A stretch of DNA of 64,000 nt from Lingula anatina. Its lineage: Eukaryota > Animalia > Brachiopoda. The number at the start of each line of letters is the position of its first letter. Position 1 is the stretch's first letter. A model generated the notes under the pieces. That model did not search any database and had not been told where the DNA came from. It saw nothing but the letters and a program-made list of their open reading frames with translations. Below, piece after piece: positions 1 to 13,627 of this stretch. The position numbers and the translations under genes were made by a program. The DNA is taken from assembly GCA_051362555.1 (NCBI GenBank), contig CM120649.1, positions 17,560,567-17,624,566 of the forward strand. The letters run 5' to 3'.

Positions 1-2031
1 ATTTTTAGGCAAACGACACGGATTTGAAGGCAAACTTGGCTGCTTGATGATCTACAACACGTCTGCTAATAGCTCAGACTGGATCAAGAGGGCATGGGGC
101 TTCTGCAATGCATCACGAGGTTTTATTTTTATAAACGTTATTATGATCGTTTATAATTTCGTAAGAATATTATCGGTAAATTTGTTACACTGTCAGTTCC
201 TTTTAACTTTCCACCTGTTTGTCTAGCGTAAGTACTACATGTGTTTGGCAGGTGAGGTGCGTGTTTAGCTGACAGTAGATTTAGTAATTAATGATGTTCA
301 TTATTGTGTTGGGTGTAATAATGGCAAATCAAAATATGTGAGGACACGAAGGGATAACACAGTGCTTGACGTTTAAAGTTTGGAAATTTTCAAATATGTT
401 ACTACGTAAATTTCTCAGTGCTGTATTACGGGCAGCTAGCGAAGTTAAAATATGTGGACTGAAGATAAATTGTCTCGTTGATAAAGTCCTAACTAGCACA
501 CAGCATCTTATTACCTTCAGCACCAGCTATTCCGATGTGCACCTTGAAAGAAGAGACACGTCCACCAACAACCCAACCAACACCCAAAACAGAGGTAGAG
601 ACAAGTCTGCCAACAACCCATCTAACACCCAAAACAGAGGTAGAGACAAGTCCACCAACAACCCATCTAACACTCACAACAGAGGTAGAGACAAGTCCAC
701 CAACAACCCAACCAACACTCACAACAGAGGTAGAGACAAGTCCACCAACAACCCAACCAAAACCCACAACAGAGGTAGAGACAAGTCCACCAACAACCCA
801 ACAAAAACCCACAACAGAGGTAAAGACAAGTCCACCAACAACCCAACCAACACCCACAACAGAAGTAGAGACAAGTCCACCAACAACCCAACCAACACCC
901 ACAACAGAAGTAGAGACAAGTCCACCAACAAACCAAACAACACCCAGAACAAATGTAGAGACAAGTCCACCAACAACCCAACAAAAACCCACAACAGAGG
1001 TAGAGACAAGTCCACCAACAACCCAACAAAAACCCACAACAGAGGTAAAGACAAGTCCACCAACAACCCAACCAACACCCACAACAGAAGTAGAGACAAG
1101 TCCACCAACAACCCAACCAACACCCACAACAGAAGTAGAGACAAGTCCACCAACAAACCAAACAACACCCAGAACAAATGTAGAGACAAGTCCACCAACA
1201 ACCCAACCAACACCTACAACAGAAGTAGAGACAAGTCCACCAACAACACAACCGATACCCACAACAGAGGTAGAGACAAGTCTGCCAACAACCCAACCAA
1301 CACTCACAACAAATGTAGAGACAAGTCCACCCACAGTCAAGCCAGCGCCCAAGTCCACGTCAGAGGCAGAGAAAAGTCCATCAACAACGGAAGCCACAAC
1401 AACATCAAAGGTAGAGACAACCACGCCTTCATTCCAACCATGTCTCAAGCCACCTGCACCACCCCATGCCAGGATAGCAAGTAATGTGTCCGACGAGCAA
1501 AGAGAGGGAGTCGTTAATATCACCTTGGTGTGTGAAGAAGGTTTCTTTTTCCCTGACGGCACAGTGAATAGATCAGTGAGCTGTGTTCCTGGTAAAGGAT
1601 GGAAGAATTTACAGGGTTGTGTAGGTACGCCATTTTGCTGTATTGGTAGTTTCTTCACGGATAAGTCCACTGCCTTGATTCATAGTGGTGCAGAAGTGTA
1701 TTTGCTTCTCATTGACTGTTGGCGCTCTTCTGTTTTGATCATGTACAGCGAAGTAATGATACATCCTTATATTTCAGAGACAATCCCAGAAGTAAAACCA
1801 AAACCAAAAGGCCAAAGATACCCACCGAAGGAGGCTCCGCTTACCGTTGTTGTTCCAACCGCAACTGTTGCCATAAGTGTTTTAGTAGGCCTCGTCGCAT
1901 TGGTTGTTGTGTCTGATCTCCCAATATTGTACAGGCACGGGAGGATGGCGGTGCGCAGAGTGCGTGGTTGGTTGCGACGATTTAGGGGAAGACGAACAAA
2001 TGTCGAACCTGCGCCACGGTTGCTTCGTTAA
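1..2031 (+). CDS. 3' part of a type I membrane protein: LamG/ConA-like domain end, Thr/Pro mucin stalk, CCP(sushi) domain, TM helix, basic tail. Exons <1-119, 521-1624, 1778-2031
   Basis: The first exon reads FLGKRHGFEGKLGCLMIYNTSANSSDWIKRAWGFCNASR, similar to the LamG end of the minus-strand paralog. Phase-1 GT-AG junctions at 119/521 and 1624/1778. The CCP has C-x-PPAPPHA...CEEGF...C...W...C. Hydrophobic VAISVLVGLVALVVV is followed by an Arg-rich tail. Confidence 0.8.
560..1335 (+). repeat. Coding minisatellite, 45-bp unit (15 aa, TTEVETSPPTTQPTP), about 17 copies, with a 225-bp higher-order duplication
   Basis: agaggtagagacaagtc recurs at 591, 636, 681, 726, 771 and onward. The variant unit cacccagaacaaatgtagag occurs at ~941 and ~1166. 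Confidence 0.95.
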
Positions 2032-4049
2032 TCTTAAATGCACATAATGAACGTTAAACTTTCAAGTGGAGACAGAATGTGGTTGAAAGTTAATAATATA
2101 TATTTTACAAAACTTCTGCCCTGCTTAACATTATCTTTTCTAAATTTCTGGCATGGGGTTTTTGGAGTTACTTAATTTTTTTGAGTATTAGTAGAATGCC
2201 ATTATAACTTTATTTGTATTAGTGTATTATGATATAGCGAGCAGAACACACATACAGAAGTATATAATTTCAAATAGAAGCAAAATTTATTACAGTGTTA
2301 GTGCAAAATTCATTCACTTATCCTCAAAACATTATATGCAAATTCACAAATGTCGTTTATTAAATTTCCCCAAGTAATTGCCTTAATGCCCTCTTTACAA
2401 CCCCATGGTTTTTCAAACGGTTTCTGATATAAGTTCGCACTCACTGCTGATTCGATTCTCCTTTTGTATTTTACCACACTGAGACGTTCATTTTTCACTT
2501 TTCTGTTTGACCTTCCCTTTTGAGTAACCAACATATGGGATGATAGTCTAAACCGAACACTGGTCGAGCACTGACAAGTGATTGTTTATTTTCTCATTCG
2601 TTTTGGCCATTGTTTATTATTATTTTTTTTACAGTGTCACGTGTTAAGGGATTTGGCGTAGAAAGAAATATATTGCAGCTTTAAACTTTACATTTTTACA
2701 GGTAATACACACGACTACTGCCCTTAATCAAAACAGGAATCCCTTCGTGCCTCATTAAATTTACATGAAAATCCATCTAATGTAGAAAAGTCATGGCATC
2801 GCCTGTGCCGAAGTTTCACACTGATTAGTGCATCAGCTTGCTTCTTTTAAAATAGAAGACTCATGTAGTCGCACCCCTTACCAAATTAAGAAAAGATCTG
2901 TCTAAGGCAAACAGATTACATATTGTTAAAACCAGTATGCTTTAACTGTACAGTGTTCACTTTTTATTTTAAACATGTTTATATTAAAATAATCTTTGGT
3001 GTTTGGATAATTACGGAAGATTTTTCTTTCTTTCTTGTATTTTGATCAAGTTTTTGAGATTGATATATAGTTTTTTTGTGTGTTCTGGTGTAAAAGTGAC
3101 GCCTCAAGTGTTTTTTGTCTTTCTTTACTGTTAATATATTTATTTGAGAAAGAAATTTTTTTAATGTGATGTTTTGAGATTTGTGGAGGATTCATTTTTA
3201 GTAGTTTGATTTAAGTGATAGGTTTTTGTTAAATCTAACACCTTTGTATTCTGGTGTGACGGTGAACTCCAAATTGGTTCTACTTCTTCCTTGTAAAACC
3301 TCTAGTTATTTAGATAAAGGATCTTTAGATTTTTAAAATAATATTTTGATTGTTATATAATTGGAGGATACATTTTTTGAAAACAATTTAATGAATTTTA
3401 TATTTGATTCTAATGTAAAACAGTCAAAGCTATTGATTTAACGTTTGTGATTAAAGTTGTCATTGAAAGTTAAATAGTTGATGCTTTGGCCACTACGAAA
3501 GTTTGTTTTGTATTTCAATACAGTTTTGCAAATTTTATTTATTCATTTGCTTTTGTGTGACAGTGAGAGCGAGTAGTTTAATATTGATCTTGAGGGTAGG
3601 TTTTTCCTTATTGATATCATTTTTATTCTGAAGTAGAACTTATTGTTGTAATTCTTAAAAATCTTTTGTACTTCAAATACTTTGACCTGTCAGATATTCA
3701 TTATACTGATACTCATCTTAATACAAGATATTTGATTCATATATTTATATGTGAATGTTGAAACTTTGGTGAAGTAAAATGTAATTGAAATGGAAGATCA
3801 ATCTTTTGTCAACCTTATACATGTATATTCGCTGTTTTGTACTTCAATGGAATTCGATGTTTTAATTTTGTATGAGAAATACCTTTAAAGTGCAGGTTTA
3901 TGCTTATACATGTATTTTGTTGTCGTAAAACAAATTGATTAAACTATCATTTCAAAAATGTATAATTTGTCTCTTTTTGTTTTTGTAATTCGAGGTATTT
4001 CACCTTAATTACGATTCGGGCTATCATACTCAGACTCATTGAGAGAACC

Positions 4050-4720
4050 CATTTGCCAATACATGTAAAATGCATACGCATTAGTAAGCCATCGGATCAT
4101 TCTGCAATACAAGCTGTACAAACGTAAATCGCCCTTAATAAAATAATACAGAGCGCAAGACCGTAACGGCATTCTAAAATCAGCATTTTAACATTTCAAC
4201 AAGTCTGTCGAAGCCCTTTCATGTCTTATTTTCTTTAAAAAGCCTCGATGCTCACCTTAACCAATTTATCTCCAAGAAACAAAAATGTTTTCTTTGTCTT
4301 TATAACCATACAGTGTGGAATCCAATGTTAATTATTAATAGAATGGTGCCTCATCCTTACTGCTCGTTCAGCGTGGTACATGTCACTCATCAAGTAACCA
4401 TCTATATACACAATCAAGGTTGTGACCCTGGCACTTGCCCCCAACAGGTTTTCAAGGGAAAGTGAAGGTATGGCAAATGTTTGTCTGTATCAATTTCTCG
4501 AATCAAAGGTGACTATTGCGTTTGGTTCTAATGGCCTGCCTCAAGACTCCTGTACATAAGTATACTGAGTTTTAATGTTTCGGTGCCTCAGTTCACTAAC
4601 ACAAGCAAGTCTTCCTAGAGCAACTGTTATATCTCTTACAATTCAACAGAAACCCACTGCCCCATAGCTTACATAATAACACCAGTCCTACCAACTTGCA
4701 TTGAAATTTGTCACTGTGTA
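4050..4720 (-). mobile_element. Possible highly decayed LINE (RTE-like) endonuclease fragment
   Basis: Broken minus-strand frames give ELRHRNIK...QES, SSKDEAPFY and FLFLGD, loosely resembling APE-endonuclease motifs. Many stops and frameshifts. Confidence 0.3.
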
Positions 4721-5118
4721 CTTGGTTTAAACTATAAGAAATTCACTAACTTGTATTAAAGGGCGAAAAATGAATACATAAGTAAATAGAAAAACAATAT
4801 AACTCCTTTATGGAGATTTAAAAAAATATAATCAATTTTTTAATCATAAACTCTTTTAATAAATGGAAAATGAGCACTAAAGAACGACACAAATGTGAAA
4901 CCACTAGTGTTTTTACCGTTACGCCAAACCACCAAAATTTGAAATATATCGAATTCACTCAACTGCTTTGAAATACAAAAAGTATGCCGATATGCGTTTC
5001 AGAGGAAAAACGAGAGTTGAAAAAACTACACGTTTATTATTGACAGTTAGACTAACAAACTATACCCACTCAATGAGTAGGGCGTGGATATATACAAAGT
5101 AGGCAACAGGAGGTGGAG

Positions 5119-8100
5119 CTAAAACTGTAAATTCATGTCCACTACTGACATTGACATATGAGCTTTAAGTGTGAGATAATACACTGTCACCCGAGTGATA
5201 TATGCCATGAACACCTCGAGCGTCAGCGGTTGGGTTGTTGGTGGACTTATATCTGCCTCTGATGTACATATTGGAATGGCTAGTGCTGAGGGGAAAAGTA
5301 TATATTATTAGCTTGTTACGCCTTCATCAACTAGAAACGTCAAGCACTATATCATCTAGGCACACCCTCGCATGGTTTTGATTCATCCTTATAACGTCCA
5401 GCACAATAAAGAACACCCATTACTAATTTCCTGTTAACGTTACATACACCTTACCTACCGGGTTGCTTGTAGCACTTTCGCTAGACAAACAGGTTGACAG
5501 TTTAAAGAACTGACTTCGTATCATATTTTTTGTGAAATTAAAACCCTTTACCTCCACACCTCAGTGGTCTCCCGGACCAAGTCAAATTTCCCAGACATCT
5601 TCTTTGTGTGTCTCCACACAGACGCCCATAGTCAGGGAGACACCTGTATCTCACTACTGAACCCATAGTGAAGTTCCCTGAAAATTTTGCGCTTATCCCG
5701 TTTTCGGGTGGTGGACAACCTGGAAGAAGAGACAACAGGGCAGGATAAATGTCATACAGGGCGCTTTTACTCTTGGATTTCCAATGGAAATTTTTCCATT
5801 TTCTTTAACTTCTTTTTTTACATATTTAACTTTACGGATTACTTTATCCAAAACGTTGAGAAATCACGATCTATTACTGGCTTTAGACTTATAATTTTTA
5901 TTTTTATGCCGCTGAGCTTATCCGGAATTCTCTTACTTTGGATAACAAGGATTAACTATTATATTCCTCTACAAGTTTGATTTGGTAAAAAAGATTTTGA
6001 TGGCTTGTTTTATCTTAAAGTGAACTTTACCTACTGAGTATTGTCATATACATTTTAAGTGAATAGGAACTTTGTGTTTTATTGATCTTTATATAAATGA
6101 ATGTACGATTTTGGATGATACTTCAATCTGAATACCAATTAAAATTATTTTGTCGATACACCAGAACATTATCAACAGTAAATGTCTGCAGAGCATGCCC
6201 GTGGAGATGCTTACTATACTGTTGCTCTAAATGGTTGTCACACCGTCACGAATTTGGCTTTTTAAAAATGGCATAGCAATGTCTATGTTCATATTTTGGA
6301 TTCCGTCTTCCCTAATCAATGCAGTTTGACAATACCCAGGTCAAATATGAGCACATGTCAACGGATGGCAGCTCCGAAGTTAAGTTAAGGTGTGAGGGGT
6401 ATGCGAAAAGAAGTTACTACTGGCTTTAAAGGGATATTTTTGCCTTCATACAAAGTGGATTGTTGGGGAAGATGAGATCTGACCTCCACCAAACTTCAGA
6501 GAAAGCCGTGCCAGATCTGACTGACTCTGAACATAGGGATCAGATAGCTGCAGTCAATAAAACAAAATGGTCTCATGAAACCCGACACTGCCAGAGGACT
6601 TGTTTCAAGGTGAACTGTTGATAGAATACACACACTGCCCGCTTGGTTACCGCTTTTTCTAAGTGAAGTCAATATTCTGTTGCCAAAAGCCCTGATATGA
6701 ACCCGACTGATTATCTTCGAGATAGTTACAAATAGGTTTCCTATTACATGTGCCATATTTAATACTTACTTAAATTTGCCTTTTCTTTGCATCTGTTCCA
6801 AGCTTCATTAACACATTGCAGATCAACGGCTGTGTCAAACAGCTGAACGCAGGATAGTCGTTCATTGAAAACACGATCGTCTTTTTTTCTTTTACCAATC
6901 ACTAAGCCCATGCCTGTTTTTAGTCGAAACTGTCCCAATGTGGAAGTTATTTTGTTAAAGACATGAGAATTCAATCTTCCAAGCCCAATCATGGCACTAC
7001 CAGTGGCATAATCGTATTGCACAATAACTTTGTGCCAAGTGTTGACAGTGAACGCATCTGATAATTTAATTGTGTGGCTTTTCGATGATAAACCATGAAG
7101 ATTGACGTACAGTGTGTTCCACTCGGGAAACAGCCAGACATGGGAACCCCTTGCTTCTGACTCTGTACTGGTATACTCAAACAGACCACAAGGACGTTGT
7201 TCTTCAGGATAGATTAGGAATATCAGAGTAAAACCTCTCACGGCCAATCCAGGATTCCCGGGCACCACCATATGTGATCCATTGACTCTAGAAAAACGTA
7301 GGGCATGAGCGCTTCCGTACGGACCGGAAGCTGGCGTTATATTATAGAGGGTGCCATTGTGACAATTTCCACTCAGGTCGGCGCCAAGACTGTTTGCATC
7401 AAGTGGCCAGAAAGCTGCTGGCTTTACATCCCCTAGAAGATAAAATCATCTCACGTTAAAACACAACGAATCATTGCTTTTATATACAGGGTTATAAGTA
7501 ATTATGCTACAAATGAGCTTGGTAAATGAATACATGTAGTCAGATTTTATAATGCCTTTAGTTTTCCCTTACGAAAACTTCCAATATGAGCCCTGTAGGT
7601 CTCTATGGGACTATTTGGGAATTCTGCAGGACGTTCTTAAGAATTCCCTTGTAGGGCATATGACCCACAAGACTCTGTAGGATTACCTATTGGGTCGTAT
7701 AGGACATTACTGGATGTCATACATGTATATATACATATGCGACCGGTCTAGCACGGAAATTGTAGCCTTTAGGCAATTGTCACTCTCGTAAATCATTGAA
7801 ATAACCACTTAGTGTAAAACATTTATTTGCTAGGATAAAGAAGGCTCTAGCTGGAGTAAAAGTTACTGAACGCCACCTTACATTGTATATACTGGTACCG
7901 GGGGGTACACGTCTGTTCATGGTGTGTTGGGACATATGCACTGAGTAGAAAAAATTTCAGGTCATCATTTATTTCGAAATGGTCGAATGGAACCGAGATT
8001 TAATTACTATGCCCCTGCAAGGACGACGCGTGGGGAGGCATGTGAGAGGCAGCGAGACCATGATAGGATTAAGCGGTCTTCCTTTCATGTAGAATCCGCC

Positions 8101-9269
8101 ATATTGGAGCTTCGGACCAGTTGATACTCCGATCTTCTATTCTGAATGGCCCCTTATATGAGAAACAGAAAGCTTCAAGTACAGAATTTGAAAATCGAAT
8201 AATAAATCTACGTTCTCAGAGTAAATTTTCTGTCGTCGTAAACTCTAACCATTTTCTTAATTTGAGTAGGCACTTTGAGTGTAAGGCGAATGTTTTGAAG
8301 ACTAGGAAATATTCTTTTCATAACGTGATAAGGGAGGTCATTGTCTTTTATTAGAACTCTCTGAAATTAAACACAAGGAATCATACAGAAAATAAGCAGA
8401 TTGGCTGTTTAGTAATACTGTGCATATATGTATGTGCTGGTATTCCCATTGTGAACTCAGGTTCGAAGAATGTACGAACGAACCGCCCATTTTGCCGGGA
8501 AGAAGTCCTCTCTTGGAGGCACATGAAGGCTTTTTTTTTTGTAAAATATACGCTTCGAATTTGCTGGTTTCGGGCCTTTACATTCCTACTAACTGTAGAA
8601 TTGCCTAGAGGATCGTCTAATCTCTGGATGGTCCCTCTTTTGCCATCATTTAAAAAAGAGACTGCGAGGATATGTTAAAGTATTACGTCTCTAAACACGT
8701 GTTCACCCTCGGTCTCCATAGTCCAAAACATGGGCAAAGTGACCACAAGGGCCCCTTAATACTGGTACTCTCTACCAGAGCCACAGATCCATTTTTTCCT
8801 AAAACTCACAAAAAAAAAAAAAAATAAATAAATAAATAAATAAAAAATAAAAATAGATAAATAAATAAAATAAATAGGCCTACTTGGCTATTTTTATGAT
8901 AATTTTTTTTTTGCAATCTCCCACAAGAATTTTTGTTTTGAAATAAATTTTCACCATCAGCTGGCTTTCTATATGTGACATGCAACCTGCCATGTTTATA
9001 TACATTTGAATAAATTAAAACTTACTTGTAGATACATTTTAATTAAGCAGATATGCAAATCACATACATGCAAATCTAACTATCAGTACTATTAATGGTT
9101 CACTACACATATCTCCGTCAGTATTCTACAATTTTTGGAGAATTCGAAATATATATAGGCCCTACTGACCGCATGTTTCACTGTCTACAGGTACGTGAAG
9201 TCCTACTGTCAATGATATCATCAATTTAATAGAAATCTTGAAGATCATGTAAGAGCTGTAATGCGCCAT
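5119..9269 (-). CDS. Secreted LamG/ConA-like lectin-fold + CCP(sushi) protein, ~365 aa. Exons 9269-9170, 7432-6770, 5719-5552, 5285-5119
   Basis: Signal-peptide-like exon MAHYSSYMIFKISIKLMISLTVGLHVPVDS. The 663-nt phase 1-1 exon begins DVKPAAFWPLDANSLGADLSGNCHNGTL...ALRF and contains NTWHKVIVQYD (Laminin_G_3-like). The 168-nt phase 1-1 CCP exon reads CPPPENG...GSVVRYRCLPDY...RRCLGNLTWSGRPLRC. All junctions are GT-AG and in phase; the last exon is the least certain. Confidence 0.75.
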
Positions 9270-12023
9270 AATCATTTTTAGTATGTGTTTAGTCCGTGTT
9301 CTTCACTTCAATATTTCCCTTGAATTTCTCAGAATAACCAGATATTTAAGGGGTTCGTTCGGAAGTGCTTTTGTAGGCATGTTTTCATGGGCTCTGAACC
9401 ACCCTGGTGTACGAGAATCTACGAGATCCAACGTCGTCATGGTTATAAAAAATAAAACAGATTCTAAATTCAGCATGTTGACGCCGTTACCTAGTAGCTG
9501 CCAAACAGTCTCAATGTGTACGTTTTAAAATGGAGCAACTGAGGTGTCATTACATCTATGTATAGAGTGTCTGGACATTTTGACGTGCATCGAACCATTT
9601 CAAATTACAATATCCTGTGTAAGATGTGCTGACTGCTTGGTGGGTGACGCCATAGATAGGCCAAAATCTCCTCAGTCCTATTGTTTTACCCGTGGTAGTT
9701 GTCACATGTAGGAGGAGAAATGGGTATGATTTATGGCGATATCACGACGCACACGCCGTGAAGATAAATAGCGACAGTCGGGTGGTGGAGATGTTCCTCA
9801 GGGAAGTCTACCGTCTACCGGAACACTGGAGCAAGACAGAGAGGTTGATGGAATCGGTATGCTATAAAAGTGTACATTTGGTCAAATAGTCTTTTCCCGT
9901 TTCTAATATATGAAATACTTAACTTAATATTAGTAAAATAAAAATAAACACTTTAAAAGCACTAAACTTCTTTCTGTTGCTTCATTCACAATATCACTGG
10001 ATTTTTCAGATGGGCTGGCCAAGCATTAATCGTCAATTTCGCTACGGTTCCCGACGTACATGTAACTATGTACAGGTAAGTAAGTAAGATATCATCATGC
10101 TTATTTGTAGTTGACTCTAATACGTTCCCAGCGTTCATGTAATATGGTTCGTGTTTTTTTGCGTGGTAGATATAAGCCCCTAATTACGATGGCCTTTAAA
10201 CAAAGGTATCATTTCACCTCTTTACTGAGCAAGTCAAAAGTAAGCATTTCAAGAAAATCTCTTTGCACCGATTTGTATACTTACTTTTGTGAAAAAATAG
10301 GCGTTAAAATGGTATTGATAGCTGTTAAGATGAAGGAGACCTATTTGAAATACTATATTCTCACCACCCCCCCTAAAGGCTGCTAATACGTCATCAGCTC
10401 GAATGTTCAGATTCATCGCAATGAATACTTGATGCGACGGCATTACTGGTACCTCAAAGCACAATATCTTATTCCGCATTATGTATCGAAAAATGAGGAG
10501 GGAAAATCAATACGTGTCGAGTCTTCCGTTAGTGGGTAGAACGTAGCCCAAAAGGTAATACATATAAATAAATAAGATAAACTTGATTACTGACGTGTAG
10601 ACATTGAATGTCCCCGCACTTCCTAGTATTGCAAAGAGCACCTTGATCGTCCTCAGTGAACCCCTTCTCATGATACGTATGGGAATTATGGATCCAATGT
10701 GTAAAGTCATTGCAAATAGTATTCATAATAACAGCATAAAAATCGATCAAATGTTACACTACCTGTAAAATCCCCAAATCCCGAAAGGTGTTGATATTTA
10801 AAAACAGCTCTCACACCTAGCACAATTTATTCAGTCTTTAAAACAACTGTCACACCTAGCACAATTCAGAATACAAATTAAATGCTACACTTTGAACAAC
10901 CCTTCCTTTAGCAACTGTCATGAAGTGGGGTGTCACCCCGTTGACCCAGATATCAACCAGTTGGCCAATGAGTTCTGGTCGATCTACAGTGACAGTGAAA
11001 TGAAAGAGCTGGTATTTTGAGAATCATTCTGTGTCGCCACAGTTTCGGTGACAAGTAATGGGCTTAAAATACATTGGATAGAATATATCCTTGGCCATAC
11101 AGTAGTTAATGAGGTCTCTCTAAATGTAAAATCGCCAATAGACCAAGCCTGATTGAACAAGTACATCATCAACAGAACCGTAAATAATGATAATTATTAC
11201 AATGAACCACCAAATAAAAACGATGTAAAATATAATTATATAAACGTCCACTAACATATCCACACAATGTCACGCGCCATGTGACCTGTCTCAATTTTTA
11301 AAACAAGCACTGTTTGTACTGACGGTAATGTCTAGTCTAAACTGAATGCACATTTGTGTAGATGTGTTTGATCTTAACAGGTGCTGTGACAAAGGCGCCA
11401 TTTACACAAACTCCTTAACCGCGTGTGTGTTGAATGACAAGACCGAAACTTAGGATATTGTTAAACCGAACACGTGATAGGTTTTAAATACTGACTTGTT
11501 CAACAGCGCCACCGCTAATTCCAACAGGAGCTTTACAGTTTTGATTCCGCCGGTAGTCTACATTTACAGTCATCTCTTTTGTTCTGCAGACATTCATGAT
11601 TAAGTCATTGGCTGCACTTTGACGTTGATGAAGTACATGTTTCTGTATACATACGTTCAGGTATTTTTATCTACCCGCTGATTACAGGGACCTATAAAAT
11701 GATATACAAAATTTAAGTTTAGGTGCTACAATAAAATGTGTAAGAGACTATATCTACTAGAGCACCCTGTGTCCAGAATGTACATTGTATCCATGGCTCC
11801 ACTACACATTCACAACGCGTGGCTGTTGTATTTTGGTTATGCTCTGATGTCAGTCCGAGTAATGGTGGATTCAGTTTCATTCAGGAGGGGAGATTTTTAT
11901 TATTCAGTTATACAATGTAACGCTTCTGAAGTCTTTTATTTCCAACGATTTTAATACTAGGTGGGAACCTTTTTTCAAGCGACCAATGTATTTAATAGGC
12001 ATGTGCACATACAATTTGTATAG

Positions 12024-12024
12024 A

Positions 12025-12063
<39 letters not shown>

Positions 12064-12070
12064 GGGGGAG
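12024..12070. repeat. Poly-G tract (~45 nt)
   Basis: Seen directly. It sits where the paralogous unit has (CA)n/poly-A (~24040-24085). Confidence 0.9.
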
Positions 12071-12925
12071 GCGCAGAGATTACCCAGACAGAAACCTTCT
12101 TATAGGTAAAAATAAAAGTGTGTTGATAAACTTTCAGCCATAAAAAGATTCAATTGGGTAATTCATAATGAGGTCTTCACAGCGCGAGTTAGAATTAGGA
12201 AGAAGGCTTAACGCTTTAAGACATTTATAAACAGCCTGGGTTACATTCAAATACATGTAAGATTAGATGTTGATATAAAGATTTATTGGTTTGCACACTT
12301 GTACACCCTTGGGCCAGATACTTTAGTAGCATCATTAAATAATGTCCTTGATTTAATTGTTGCGCCATAAAAAAACATTGAGCATGCAATCACAACACAA
12401 ACATTACGTGCTGTATGTGAAACATCCATTGCCAAGGGATATAGACTATGCTCTTTCTTTCAAGTTGATAGTGTTCCAGGTTTTATTTTTCTCTTTCGGA
12501 AAATGTGAGATCTGTTTCAATGTTGTTTCTGTGAATCATTGCTACTTCTTAAATTTCAATATCTGAACCTGGCCCAATACAGACTACACTGTAAAAAACT
12601 CATGTAAATACGGGTACATGTACTTACTGAAACAATAAAACCCTTGTATTGATAATTAAAAATAAAATTTCAAATCAGTTTTCATTACCTTGTTGCTTTT
12701 GAGATAAGTAAAGAACAAAATCCAAAGTTATCAATATTTGAAGAAGAAAGGAAGAACTAGTGGCCAATCCCAAGTTTACGTTTATCTTCATATATGAGGT
12801 ACCTGTACTGTATATCGATTCCTCGATTTTAAAGTAATTTTCATTACTTTGTTTTTTAAAGTTTGGTTAAACATTGGTTAAATAAGAAATAATTGAAATT
12901 CTGTCAAAGGCATTTACTAAAATAC

Positions 12926-13627
12926 TGTAGCGCTGTCTCCCTTTAATACGAATCTGGCTTCCTGCACTTATGGGAAGCAACGGGCACGGTGTCTTAACTC
13001 GGCCCTCAAGAAAAGCTGGATCACCACGGTCTAGGCTCGGCTGTCTCGGCTGCATCGATTGGACACCCGGCTGGTCGGCTGTCTCCTTTGTCTCGGCTGT
13101 CTCGGCTGTCTCCCAGACTGGGCGGTCGTCTCGGCTGGAGACCCGCCTGGAAAGCAAAATCCCTCTATTGCAGTGACCGCATATACCTCGGTTAAAAGCC
13201 TCATTGGCGTGTTACCATGTACACCATGCAGAGAATCCTCCAGTAACTACAATGCTTCGCTGCTAAGAGGCTTAGTAAGGGTGACGCTGGTAGCATTTGA
13301 GTGCTGCATTCTGCTTTTGCACCCCCTTTTATACGGGTGTGTGCCATGTTCGATTTTGAGTAAAATTAAGGCATTCTTCAGTTCGCAAGTTACTAAAATT
13401 CAGCCGGCCAGCAAATGGTGTTCTTATCAGCACTATTGTCAGCACGATATAACTGAAAGATTATTTAAATCAATTAAAATAACTGTTAATTGTCCTCCAA
13501 GTAAAGTTAATTACTCATTTTAGTTACATTACGTAACTTCATGTAATCGAGTGGTATAGGCGGCCAATTTTTTCCATTTTAACAAATCTCAGCAGGCACT
13601 GGGTCTAAAAGTACGTCAATCGTTACA
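12926..13627. mobile_element. Solo LTR (~702 bp), copy in unit 1
   Basis: TGTAGCG...CGTTACA termini. Absent from the unit at ~30370 (aaaataccatcc). 4-bp TSD ATAC, one side mutated in each copy. Confidence 0.8.

Noticed and set aside
366-1670. Long overlapping ORFs in five frames across the mucin repeat, including a Cys/Trp-rich one
   Set aside because: The A/C-rich 45-bp unit simply lacks stops in most frames. Only the Thr/Pro frame joins the flanking exons in phase.
7740-8990. Possible transposon(s) in the long intron of the LamG gene
   Set aside because: It looks repeat-derived, but I could not define matching TIRs or a TSD by eye.
9303-9476. Minus-strand ORF MLNLESVLFF... as first exon of the LamG gene
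   Set aside because: It ends in TGA before the donor at 9170. The downstream ATG (9269/9275) gives a better signal peptide in phase. At most a uORF.
12024-12070. Poly-G as a functional G-quadruplex
   Set aside because: It is not conserved in sister units, which carry other simple repeats there, and its length may be a sequencing artefact.
12867-13523. ORFs of 68-154 aa here and at 24646-25455
   Set aside because: They lie within a solo LTR and its short internal repeats, with no recognisable domain. Their conservation is explained by recent duplication.
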